In this document: positions 47,564 to 56,834 of the stretch, piece after piece
How positions within the stretch are numbered: position 1 is the stretch's first letter
Layout of the letters: each line of letters starts with the position of its first letter
Source: an uncultured Leptospirales bacterium
GTDB lineage: Bacteria > Spirochaetota > UBA4802 > UBA5550
DNA length: 64,000 nucleotides
Direction of reading: 5' to 3'
NCBI GenBank assembly: GCA_964534225.1
Contig: CAZHNW010000003.1
Location: 27,224 to 91,223, forward strand
Translations under genes and position numbers: made by a program
Notes under the pieces: generated by a model
Databases searched by the model: none
Told to the model about the DNA's origin: nothing
Seen by the model: the letters and a program-made list of their open reading frames with translations, nothing else

Positions 47564-49501
47564 ATGAATCCTGAGTTGAAGAAACTGGAACGGCGGGCCC
47601 GTTCTCTTCTTGTTGATAAAGAGATTCCCCCTGGAAAAATGGAGGTGGTGAGAAATCTCATGAATAATGAGAGTATCACCGCAGAGGAACGCTACCATGC
47701 CATTATTGAACTTGTGCGATCATGTCCTGATAAAGCCGTAACCACGACGGCGGAACCGAAAAGGAGTAATAATATAACAGCACAGGCTAAGAGGAAAACG
47801 GCGGCACGAAGAAAACCCGCGGCAGGAGAAGAAAGCGCCTCTGCTTTTGCTCCAACAGAGACAGCATATTATTTTGATTACCTGCAGAAGAAATACCGGC
47901 ACCTGAAATTTTTTAAAAAACGTTATCTTGTTCACCGTGATAACCGTTTCGGTATTGGTATTCGCAAACGGTTTATCCCGACGAAGCGCCTTATCAGGGT
48001 TTTTGAAGATATGGCCCGGTACCAGCAGGAAATTCTGAAACGACTTTCTCCTGTTCTTATGGAGCTCCTGAAAGATGAAAGTGTTGTAGACCCCACGGAT
48101 TTCAATTACCTCCGCAGGGTACGATCATGGTTGATGGATGAGCCCATGGCGCGGCAGACCTATGATACCATCAAGTGGATGGAGCGCCACAATTTCGAAA
48201 GGGAGTTCAAGAATTACCTGGTGAATTTTTTTGCCTTTCAGCGCCTGGGGGCCGAGGTGCGTGAGCAGATACTTCTCTCCGTTGAGAACAGGCTGCGTGG
48301 GTCAAAAGATCTCACCAAGGACGAGGTAAACCAGCGGGACCCTGAACCGGTAAGGCGCGAGAAGGAAAAAAAGAACCTTGAAAAGGAAAAGAAGATATAC
48401 GACTACATGTTTCTTCTCCGCTCTTTTATTCACGGGGAGATGACAGACGAAAATACCATTGCCAGATACCTGCGTACTTTTTATGGCATTAATACCATCG
48501 AAGATTTCTGGGTTATGGTGGGGAAAGTTTTAATTTTTCAGCGGCCTCTGAAAATCAGTGATATTATCAGTTACTACCGTATTGAGACGCCACGCGTCAG
48601 CAGTGAACAGTGGGATTACAGCGATGATTTTTTACGCCAGATAGGCAAGGACCCGGAATCCCGGAGAAAGCGTGAACTGGAACACCTGAAAGAAAAACTC
48701 GCCCCTTTTGAAGTTGTCTACAAGATGCTCAGGGCACAGGAGAAGGGGCGGGGACTTCTGTTCAAGGGGGTGGAAGTTCATGGACGCCTCCTCGATAAGA
48801 AACGAAACGATCCTGAAGAACTTCTCAGTCAGAATTTTATGGCCTTTCTTGACGGTACCCTTCATTATTTTCGTCATGCCTTTCTTGCCCTTTTTGACGG
48901 TACTCCCCTGCATATGCGAGATGTTGCGAAAGATGAATATGAGAGCCCCCTCTTTTCAGATGAGATATTTCCCGATATCAGTCAAAAGCTTGAACAGCTT
49001 CTTAATGCCATGCATGAACTCAGGACCGAAAATCCCACAATGGTTCTGGAGAGTGACGAGGTGACCCGCATAATGGCGGGGCAGATAGCGACTATGAATC
49101 ATATAAGGGAACTGGTGACAGCAGCGGGGGCATTCTGGTATGAACTCGCAGAAAAGCTTTTTTTCTACTATGAACAGCACCGTCTCTGGATTCACCGGGG
49201 AAACCGCCGCGTGGAGAAAAGCGAAGTGCGCCGGCCGGTACGCAAGTCTGATTATACCGATACTTCCGCCGGGAGGGCTTTCCCTTTTTTTGACTGCACC
49301 ATTATCGGCATTGAAAAAGCGCCGCGCCTTGCCGATGAAATAAAGGGACAGAAGGTGCTGGGGACTTCCTTCGGCGAGGGCATCCTGAGCCTGGTTGTTG
49401 CCTACTGTTTCCAGGGTGCGCAGCTCTGTCGAAATGAAATGTTTCAGAGGGACATGCATGATCGAAAGCAGCTTCTGGAACGTATCAGAGCATTGAGTTG
49501 A
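47564..49501 (+). CDS. hypothetical protein (645 aa, helical)
   Basis: Long ORF; no motif recognised. Confidence 0.7.
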   Translation: MNPELKKLERRARSLLVDKEIPPGKMEVVRNLMNNESITAEERYHAIIELVRSCPDKAVTTTAEPKRSNNITAQAKRKTAARRKPAAGEESASAFAPTETAYYFDYLQKKYRHLKFFKKRYLVHRDNRFGIGIRKRFIPTKRLIRVFEDMARYQQEILKRLSPVLMELLKDESVVDPTDFNYLRRVRSWLMDEPMARQTYDTIKWMERHNFEREFKNYLVNFFAFQRLGAEVREQILLSVENRLRGSKDLTKDEVNQRDPEPVRREKEKKNLEKEKKIYDYMFLLRSFIHGEMTDENTIARYLRTFYGINTIEDFWVMVGKVLIFQRPLKISDIISYYRIETPRVSSEQWDYSDDFLRQIGKDPESRRKRELEHLKEKLAPFEVVYKMLRAQEKGRGLLFKGVEVHGRLLDKKRNDPEELLSQNFMAFLDGTLHYFRHAFLALFDGTPLHMRDVAKDEYESPLFSDEIFPDISQKLEQLLNAMHELRTENPTMVLESDEVTRIMAGQIATMNHIRELVTAAGAFWYELAEKLFFYYEQHRLWIHRGNRRVEKSEVRRPVRKSDYTDTSAGRAFPFFDCTIIGIEKAPRLADEIKGQKVLGTSFGEGILSLVVAYCFQGAQLCRNEMFQRDMHDRKQLLERIRALS

Positions 49502-49507
49502 CGCTCA

Positions 49508-49772
49508 TTCTAAATATATAAAATAATATATTTAGAAGGTATTTTTTTGTTTTCTCTTGACTTTTTTGTACCGTACATGAATATCAAACAAAAAGAAGGG
49601 TAAAGGCTGTGCAGGGCATGAGCCTTTACCTGCAGTGGGTACAGGAGTAAAAGCAAGTGGAGAAAGATTTTTTCTGCCATTTTGTTTTTTCCGTATTGAC
49701 CGGAAAAGAAATCGTAATAAATAGAGAAATAAGATTTCTGTGTAAGCCGTCAGTTGGGATGCTGAGAGGCTT
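49508..49772. repeat. cluster of inverted repeats in a 430-bp intergenic region
   Basis: TTCTAAATATAT/ATATATTTAGAA (49508-49537), GGTAAAGGCT/AGCCTTTACC (49599-49630), TTTTCCG/CGGAAAA (49687-49707), AAGCC..GGCTT (49744-49772). Confidence 0.55.
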
Positions 49773-49933
49773 CTTTTTCAATATGTGTCACAATAAGATC
49801 CTGAAGTATACCATCTAACGGGTTTTATGGCTTCTGTACCTGAAAGATAAGGTGCATAAAAACGGTTTAAAAAGTGTATAATTTTTTATAATTGCCGGTT
49901 TTTGTGCTGAAAAATTAAATCCAGGGTGAAGTC

Positions 49934-50647
49934 ATGAAACATGTTATGTCTTATAAGCTCGAAACATGGATCAAAAATCAGATTCAGGTATGGGAAGAGT
50001 CAAAAAAAGTAATTCAGAAAGAAAACGTTTTCAAGCCATTTATTACCATCTCCCGTGAATACGGCTGCAGCATCAATTCCACTGTTCTTGCCTTGACTGA
50101 AGCACTTAACACATATGAAGAAACAGACCTCTGGCAGGCATATGACAAAGATCTGCTGAGTAAAATACATGAAGACCACGAAGTCAACGAAATGCTTCTT
50201 CAGACCCTTGATACTGAAAAGCGGAAAGAAATGACAGAACTTATGCGCAACATGCTGACGGATTATCCCCCGCAGGTTTCTGCACACATTGAACTTATAA
50301 AAACCATACGTACCCTTGCCATGCAGGGAAGAAAGATTATAGTGGGACGTGCCGGTGTCGTCATTACCCGTGATATGAAATACGGGCTTCACCTGCGTAT
50401 GATAGCCCCTTTGAAATACCGCATCAAAAAAACGATGGAAGTCCAGGGAATAAAAGACCGGCAGGTAGCGGAAAGACTGGTAAAAGAAAAGGATGAGGAG
50501 AGGCATTCTTTTATGACTCAGTATGTCAAGTTTAATGCTTATGATCCCGCTTCATATGATCTGACGATAAATGTTGACCGTTTCAGCAGTGAAGAGATGG
50601 TTGAACTGATCATTGGAGCCCTCAAATCACGTCATCTAATCAAATAA
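49934..50647 (+). CDS. cytidylate kinase-like family protein
   Basis: ITISREYGC, IIVGRAG, DEERHSF..Y...DP..YDLTINV. Confidence 0.85.
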   Translation: MKHVMSYKLETWIKNQIQVWEESKKVIQKENVFKPFITISREYGCSINSTVLALTEALNTYEETDLWQAYDKDLLSKIHEDHEVNEMLLQTLDTEKRKEMTELMRNMLTDYPPQVSAHIELIKTIRTLAMQGRKIIVGRAGVVITRDMKYGLHLRMIAPLKYRIKKTMEVQGIKDRQVAERLVKEKDEERHSFMTQYVKFNAYDPASYDLTINVDRFSSEEMVELIIGALKSRHLIK

Positions 50648-50680
50648 GGTATATAAAAGCTAAAACTTAAGAGATTGCAG

Positions 50681-50717
50681 GGGGCGGTATTTTTCCAGAT
50701 ACCGCCCTCTCTCTTTT
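50681..50717 (+). terminator. intrinsic terminator
   Basis: GGGCGGTAT/ATACCGCCC stem followed by a pyrimidine/T run. Confidence 0.65.
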
Positions 50718-50834
50718 TCCCCCTTTTTTATCTACGGCAGCCTGAAAAATGGCGGTCAAGAATTCAATCTTTCACTATATTTTGATTTGTTCCAGTTTTA
50801 TGCCGGGAAAAAACGAAAATAATTCGGTAGTCAA

Positions 50835-52541
50835 ATGTTTATACCTGCTACAGTTGAAGAAACAGAAGAAAGGGGCTGGAAAACGCTGGATGTTATTCTT
50901 GTCAGCGGTGACGCCTACCTTGACAGCCCCGGTTCAGGCATTGCTGTTATCGGTCATGTCCTGATGGATGCAGGGTACAGGGTCGCGATTATTCCCCAGC
51001 CGCGCATGGATGGTAATGATATCATTCGTTTTGGTGAGCCCCGTCTTTTCTGGGGGATTTCTTCCGGCTGTGTCGATTCAATGGTGGCAAATTACAATGC
51101 AGACCGGAGCAGACGCCGCGTCGATGATTTTACGCCGGGGGGGGCGCCCGGGCGCCGGCCTGACCGTGCATTGATCGCCTATACGGGGTTGATTCGCCGT
51201 TTTTTCAAGAACACCGCTCCCATTGTTCTCGGGGGTATCGAGGCGTCACTGAGACGGGTGGCACATTATGACTACTGGCAGAACGCGATTCGGCGGAGCC
51301 TGATATTCGATGCCAAGGCGGATATTCTTGTTTTCGGTATGGGGGAAGGTACCGTCCTTGACCTTGCCCGTGCCCTGGATGAGGGGACACCGTGGAGGGA
51401 ACTGCGCGGCCTCTGCTACATCAGTAAAGAAAAACCTGAAGGCGGGGATGAACTTCCCTCATTTGAAGAAACACGGGAATCATCTGAAGCCTTTGAAGAA
51501 ATGTACCGCGCTTTTTATCACGGCAGCGTCAGCAGTAGGGGAAGTCGTCTTGTTCAGAAAACCGGTGACCGGTACCTGGTCATCAATCCCCCCGCGAAGA
51601 TGCCCGGCGTTGATGATCTTGATTATATACATAATCTTCCCTATGAACGAAGGGTCCATCCCCTCCATAAGGGGGAAGGGAAGGTGCGCGCCCTTGATAC
51701 AGTGCAGTTTTCCATAACCACCCACCGGGGGTGCTGCGGTGAGTGTAATTTTTGTGCCATTGCCGTTCACCAGGGGCGCAGGATTGTTTCCCGCAGCGAA
51801 GCATCCATCCTCAGTGAAGCCGTAGCCATGACCGTGCATCCTGATTTCAGGGGCATCATCAGTGATGTGGGAGGACCCACGGCAAACATGTACCAGGCAA
51901 CCTGCCCGCAGATGGCAGAGGGGAAAACCTGTCCCGCTAAGCGCTGTCTTTTCCCTGGTATCTGTCACTCATTTGATCCGGGTCATGAAGCGCAGGTACG
52001 CCTTTTGAAAAAGATACGGGCGGTAAAGGGAGTGAAAAGGGCCTTTGTCGCTTCAGGTATTCGTTATGACCTTGTTGTTCATGACGATGATCGCGGCATG
52101 GCCTATCTCGATGAAGTGATAAGCTATCATGTTTCAGGGCAGCTGCGTGTTGCCCCGGAGCATGTGGCAGAGAATGTTCTTGAGCTTATGGGAAAACCGG
52201 GGGGCGAGTCTCTTCGCCGTTTTATCAAAGCCTGGGAGATACTTAATAAAAAAAGGGGGAAGTCGCAGTATCTCTCCTATTACTACATGGCGGCTCACCC
52301 TGGATGCGGCGAAAGGGAAATGGCCGCCCTTTGCAGATCAACCGGGGGCAGGCTGAATCACCTTGAGGGGAGTGTGCAGATTTTTACCCCCACACCCTCA
52401 ACGTGGTCGACCCTGATGTATGTTACCGGTCGGGAGCCCTTTTCAGGGAAGGAAATCTTTGTTGAAAGGGAGATGGGTCGTAAAAAGAAGCAGCAGAAAA
52501 TGATGACTCTCCCTGAGGTAAAGAAAAAATCACGGCGGTAG
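50835..52541 (+). CDS. ygiQ: YgiQ family radical SAM protein
   Basis: SGDAYLDSP, GGIEASLRR.AHYDYW, THRGCCGECNFC, DVGGPTANMY, SGIRYDL, VAPEH, QIFTPTP. Confidence 0.93.
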   Translation: MFIPATVEETEERGWKTLDVILVSGDAYLDSPGSGIAVIGHVLMDAGYRVAIIPQPRMDGNDIIRFGEPRLFWGISSGCVDSMVANYNADRSRRRVDDFTPGGAPGRRPDRALIAYTGLIRRFFKNTAPIVLGGIEASLRRVAHYDYWQNAIRRSLIFDAKADILVFGMGEGTVLDLARALDEGTPWRELRGLCYISKEKPEGGDELPSFEETRESSEAFEEMYRAFYHGSVSSRGSRLVQKTGDRYLVINPPAKMPGVDDLDYIHNLPYERRVHPLHKGEGKVRALDTVQFSITTHRGCCGECNFCAIAVHQGRRIVSRSEASILSEAVAMTVHPDFRGIISDVGGPTANMYQATCPQMAEGKTCPAKRCLFPGICHSFDPGHEAQVRLLKKIRAVKGVKRAFVASGIRYDLVVHDDDRGMAYLDEVISYHVSGQLRVAPEHVAENVLELMGKPGGESLRRFIKAWEILNKKRGKSQYLSYYYMAAHPGCGEREMAALCRSTGGRLNHLEGSVQIFTPTPSTWSTLMYVTGREPFSGKEIFVEREMGRKKKQQKMMTLPEVKKKSRR

Positions 52542-52548
52542 GGGATTT

Positions 52549-53745
52549 CTATTTGAGAATACGTATGAGTATGATGGAAATGTCATCATGCTGTGTCATA
52601 TTCTTTCTGAAATTTTTTACTTTATTGAAGAGTGTCCGGATGATTTCTTCATTTTTTTGATTTTTTTCTTTCTTAATAATCTGTACTATGCGTTTGAGAC
52701 TGAATTCTTCTCCATGCGGGTTTCTCTGTTCCTCCATTCCGTCGGTTATCACCACAATGAGGTCGTCCTTTTTCAGGGGGAAGCGTCCCCCTGACGGGTT
52801 TATTTTTTCTTTTATACCCAGGGGGATTGTGCCGTTTTTCAGACGGATTTCCCGAAACGTTTCATCGCGAAGAAGGTAGATATAGGAATGGCCAAAGTTG
52901 TAAATACTCATTTCGTTTTTCTGCTGATGGTAGTCGATGTATATTCCGGTAACGAAACGTTCTCCCCCGAAGGTGTTGAAAATGTACGCGTTGACCCCCT
53001 GAATGTATTCGGGAAATCCCCGGGCGAAATCATATAGTTTCTCCATGCCTCCAATGGTAACAGAAAGAAGTGCGGCGGGAACCCCCTTCCCGGAGACATC
53101 ACAGATAGAAAAGAACCATTTCCCGGGAAGGTATTCCCTCATGGCGTAGTAATCGCCGCCGATACCCTGCGCCATGCGAGTTGCCCCCGTGGCTTCGAAA
53201 GTGTCTCCCGAGACTGTTGTAAGGTCTTTAACGACACATGACTGGAGATTTTTAGCCATGTTGATATCACGCTGTGTCAGGTCTGAAAGATAGATGTGAA
53301 GGTCCATATTTGAAAAGATTCCGGTAAAAACGCCCTCACTGTCTACAAGGCCGTAGTAGCGTGTGCCTCTCCAGTTCAGATCATCCTTCAGATGTTCTGC
53401 AACAGTGAAGATATTTTCCTGGTATTGAAAGGTGGCAGTTCGAATCATGATTGAAGTAACGGTTCTGTTCTTGTTGAGATCTCTGCCAAAGGGTTGACTC
53501 AGTATGGAGAGAAGTTCCCGCCGGGGAATGATACCCAGGAGGACACATTCATCATTGACGACACCGACAGCATGAATATGGTCATTCTGGTTAAGGGTGT
53601 CCGCAAGGTCGTGTACCATGGTATCGGCAGGAATGTAATAGAAACTGCTGGCGATCCTCCCGATGATCTGCGCATTTGAATTGCACGGGGGAACTTCTCT
53701 GAGAGGCATTTCCCCGGGGAGTCTTTCTTTTTTCGGCTTGTTCAT
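52549..53745 (-). CDS. CBS-domain SpoIIE/PP2C serine phosphatase
   Basis: N-terminal CBS pair; GGDYY, CDVSGKG, TDGMEE, DDISI. Confidence 0.9.
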   Translation of the reverse strand: MNKPKKERLPGEMPLREVPPCNSNAQIIGRIASSFYYIPADTMVHDLADTLNQNDHIHAVGVVNDECVLLGIIPRRELLSILSQPFGRDLNKNRTVTSIMIRTATFQYQENIFTVAEHLKDDLNWRGTRYYGLVDSEGVFTGIFSNMDLHIYLSDLTQRDINMAKNLQSCVVKDLTTVSGDTFEATGATRMAQGIGGDYYAMREYLPGKWFFSICDVSGKGVPAALLSVTIGGMEKLYDFARGFPEYIQGVNAYIFNTFGGERFVTGIYIDYHQQKNEMSIYNFGHSYIYLLRDETFREIRLKNGTIPLGIKEKINPSGGRFPLKKDDLIVVITDGMEEQRNPHGEEFSLKRIVQIIKKEKNQKNEEIIRTLFNKVKNFRKNMTQHDDISIILIRILK

Positions 53746-53867
53746 TTTTTTCAGTTGCTCTTTTTATTGCATAACATCAATAATATACAGGGCCTGTATA
53801 AAGTTATTGTAAACAGAGACGGTTTTTTTGTAAAATATTCTTCCCTCGTGTTAAAACTTTTTAAAAA

Positions 53868-53897
53868 TTGACATCTACAGGGTTTCGGTAATAAAAT
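53868..53897 (+). promoter_or_regulatory. sigma70-type promoter
   Basis: TTGACA-N18-TAAAAT upstream of the K+ channel gene. Confidence 0.5.
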
Positions 53898-53958
53898 GAA
53901 TTTTCTTTTGAGGCTCTGAGCCTTTCAGCAGCCATTTTATGTTCAGGGGAGCAGTTTT

Positions 53959-54942
53959 TTGAGAAAAATTCGCACCGCCGTCAGTCTTCTGCTGGTTACC
54001 GTCGGTATCGGTACCCTGGGATACCATTTCATCGAGGGGATGACCTTCTTCGATTCTCTTTACATGACCATGATTACTATAAGCACCGTCGGTTTCCAGG
54101 AGATTCGTCCCCTCTCTATCCCCGGGCGGGCTCTGACCCTCTTTGTTATTGCAACGGGTATAACCCTGGCAGGTTATACCCTGGGGACACTTCTGCGGAT
54201 GTTTATCGAGGGAGAATTGAAAAAAAGCTTCGGGAGAAGAATCGTGGAAAAGAAGATCTCACAGCTGAAAGACCATTTCATCATTTGCGGCTATGGCCGG
54301 ATCGGGAAACTCATTGTGCAGGAACTGGCGGCTCACAACATGCCCTTTGTTGTAATTGAAAATGATCCTGCCTCCGTTGAAGAACTGGAGGCTGAGAGGC
54401 ATCTCTTTCTGCCCCTTGACGCAACCAGCGATGAGACCCTTGTGGCTGCCGGTATTGACAGCGCACGGGGTATTGTTACGGCAGTGCGTTCTGACGCGGA
54501 TAATGTATTTATTACACTTACGGCGCGGGGCCTTAATCCGGACATTTTTATTCTTGCCCGGGCCTCAGAGGAAAAGAGTGAAATGAAGATGAAGCGCGCC
54601 GGCGCCTCAAGGGTTGTCTCTCCCTATCTTATCGGGGGAAAGAGAATGGCCCAGGTTCTGATTAAGCCGACGGTTGTTGATTTTATTGATATCGCTATAC
54701 AGGAGAGCAGTCTCGGCCTGCGCATGGAAGAGGCCATAGTTCGCAAAGGATCTGACATGGTGGGAAAGAATCTCATCGAATCAAATCTGAGGAAAAATTA
54801 TGGTGTTATTATTGTACTGATAAAGAAGAATAATGGTGAGATGGTTTTCAACCCCCTGCCCTCGGAGGTTCTCGAAGAGGGGGATGTAATTGTTGTGCTG
54901 GGTAAAAAAGATGATATGGAGCGTATGAGCCAGGCTAGTTGA
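53959..54942 (+). CDS. MthK-like channel protein with RCK_N/RCK_C (TrkA-family) domains
   Basis: TTG start; TISTVGFQE pore; CGYGRIG; NPLPSEVLEEGD. Confidence 0.88.
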   Translation: MRKIRTAVSLLLVTVGIGTLGYHFIEGMTFFDSLYMTMITISTVGFQEIRPLSIPGRALTLFVIATGITLAGYTLGTLLRMFIEGELKKSFGRRIVEKKISQLKDHFIICGYGRIGKLIVQELAAHNMPFVVIENDPASVEELEAERHLFLPLDATSDETLVAAGIDSARGIVTAVRSDADNVFITLTARGLNPDIFILARASEEKSEMKMKRAGASRVVSPYLIGGKRMAQVLIKPTVVDFIDIAIQESSLGLRMEEAIVRKGSDMVGKNLIESNLRKNYGVIIVLIKKNNGEMVFNPLPSEVLEEGDVIVVLGKKDDMERMSQAS

Positions 54943-56827
54943 TTTTTTTCTGTTTTCTTTTCATCAGCTGTGAAATGTTTTTCAACAGGTCTTCAAGCTT
55001 GAAAGGCTTGGGCATAAAAATATCGACAACATTTTTATAAGCATCGAGATCATCGATTGTCCATCCGGAAAGGAGCATGATGGGCACATCCTCATCAATT
55101 TCTCTTATTCTCGCGGCAAGTTCGATACCCGTTATCCCTGGAATGCCATAATCTGATATGACGAGATCGTAGTTGCTGCTCTTAAATTCTTCGAGGGCGT
55201 CGTTGCCGTTTTCACAGATGAAGACCCTGTTGCCCATGCGGTCGAAGAGTTCAAAGAGAATTTTTTGAAGGGCCTTTTCATCTTCAACAACGATGATGTC
55301 AAGGTCGCGTACCTTGACTTCCATCCTGGGAGCCGCTTTCTGTTCCTTGTCAATGATTGAACGCTGCGGGAATATGGCCTTGATGATATATTCTTCAGAT
55401 GATTCCTCTTCGAATATCTTCAGGTTTATTTTTTCTGCCGCCTGGCGAATGTCGATGCCTGAAAAGACATTGATCATTTTAGGAAGATGGAGGGTATCCA
55501 TAACGGAATCGTCTTTATGGACATGAACCGTAAGGCTGATGTCACTGTTTTCCTTGAGGGTAAGGTTGATGATGCCTTTCTTTTTGATGTAGGCTGATAC
55601 CTTCAGGATTATCGAGATAATGATCTCCCTGAGGAGGCCCGTGTCGATCTTGATATTGGCGGATGAAAAATATTTCTTTTCTATTTTGATGTTACGGCGT
55701 TTTTCCTTGTCTTCTACCTTGAACTGCATGCGTGCAAATTCAATGGCGTCTTCGATGACGTTGACGAGGGGTTCTGTGCGTTCACCATAACGATAGCTTT
55801 TTTCAGCAATGGAATTTTGGACACGTCGTATGTTGTCGACGATTTCGATGGCAGCTGCCTCGATGTCGCGAATACCGTCCAGGACGGTCTCTTTTTCTGT
55901 TATCTGAAGAAGCATCTGTGTCTGGCTCATGATGATGTTGATGCTGTTGTTCAGGGAATGGAGAAATCCCTTTGTAATATCAGCGAGTAGCTTGATTCGG
56001 TTGATGGAATTGATTTTTTCCTTGAGAGACTTTATCTCTGTTATGTCTTCCATCACGATTTCGACGTTTGAAATTTTACTTTCCTCGATTATCGGGTAGA
56101 GGGTGATATTGACAATTTTTTCTTCACCTTCATGGGCGGCTATTTTAACTTCCCCCTTACGTGTGAAGGGTATCATACCACTGAAAATATCGGTGGCTGA
56201 CTTTTTGACACGGTCAGCATCATAGATAAATATTGATGAAAAGTCGAGTTTTTCGTTTTTAAGAATCTCTTCGGCCTTCAGGCCCATAAAGCCTTCGAAG
56301 GACTGGCTGCACTTGGTTATCTGCATGTTTTCGTTGATACGAAAGGATGGGACCGGGGAAAACTGGAAATGCTGGTCATCATATTGAAAATTTTCTTCAG
56401 AGAGATGCTGCAGGGTGGAACGGTCAAAGGAGAGGAGCCGGTCGTCTACAACACGAAGAAGCGCCATGATGGCATCAACTTCCCCCCCTGCCTCAAACAT
56501 GGGGAAAAGATATATCTCAACGGGCAGTTGCCTGCCGTCACCTGATTCGATGACGGAAAAGCACTGCCTGTCATTACCTCCCAGGGCACCCAGATAGGCC
56601 TGGGCCAGTCGTTTTCTGTACTCGGGGTAGAGGGGATGCTCGAGATAGAGGCGGAGTTCACCCGTGCCGGAACCATAGAGTGCTTTAAAAGCCTCGTTAC
56701 AATAAGAGAGGAGCCCGTCTGTAGCAATAATACAGACGGGATATTTAAGGCGATCAAATACTGTATAGCGGCTGTCGAAATCACCCTGATGTTCCGCGGG
56801 GGTATTGTCTATCTCTGTATCCATCAT
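54935..56827 (-). CDS. PAS-PAS-HisKA-like-receiver hybrid signalling protein
   Basis: Two PAS-like regions, FLHSLNN H-box-like, C-terminal REC (VVEDE, ISDYGIPG.TG, KP). Confidence 0.8.
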   Translation of the reverse strand: MMDTEIDNTPAEHQGDFDSRYTVFDRLKYPVCIIATDGLLSYCNEAFKALYGSGTGELRLYLEHPLYPEYRKRLAQAYLGALGGNDRQCFSVIESGDGRQLPVEIYLFPMFEAGGEVDAIMALLRVVDDRLLSFDRSTLQHLSEENFQYDDQHFQFSPVPSFRINENMQITKCSQSFEGFMGLKAEEILKNEKLDFSSIFIYDADRVKKSATDIFSGMIPFTRKGEVKIAAHEGEEKIVNITLYPIIEESKISNVEIVMEDITEIKSLKEKINSINRIKLLADITKGFLHSLNNSINIIMSQTQMLLQITEKETVLDGIRDIEAAAIEIVDNIRRVQNSIAEKSYRYGERTEPLVNVIEDAIEFARMQFKVEDKEKRRNIKIEKKYFSSANIKIDTGLLREIIISIILKVSAYIKKKGIINLTLKENSDISLTVHVHKDDSVMDTLHLPKMINVFSGIDIRQAAEKINLKIFEEESSEEYIIKAIFPQRSIIDKEQKAAPRMEVKVRDLDIIVVEDEKALQKILFELFDRMGNRVFICENGNDALEEFKSSNYDLVISDYGIPGITGIELAARIREIDEDVPIMLLSGWTIDDLDAYKNVVDIFMPKPFKLEDLLKNISQLMKRKQKKIN

Positions 56828-56834
56828 AATCAGA

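Noticed and set aside
49744-49830. Possible TPP riboswitch (GGGATGCTGAGA ... GATCCTGAAGTATACC)
   Set aside because: Only the CTGAGA core matches; the ACCC/GAACCTGAT and closing GCGTAGGGA elements are missing, and the downstream gene is unrelated to thiamine.
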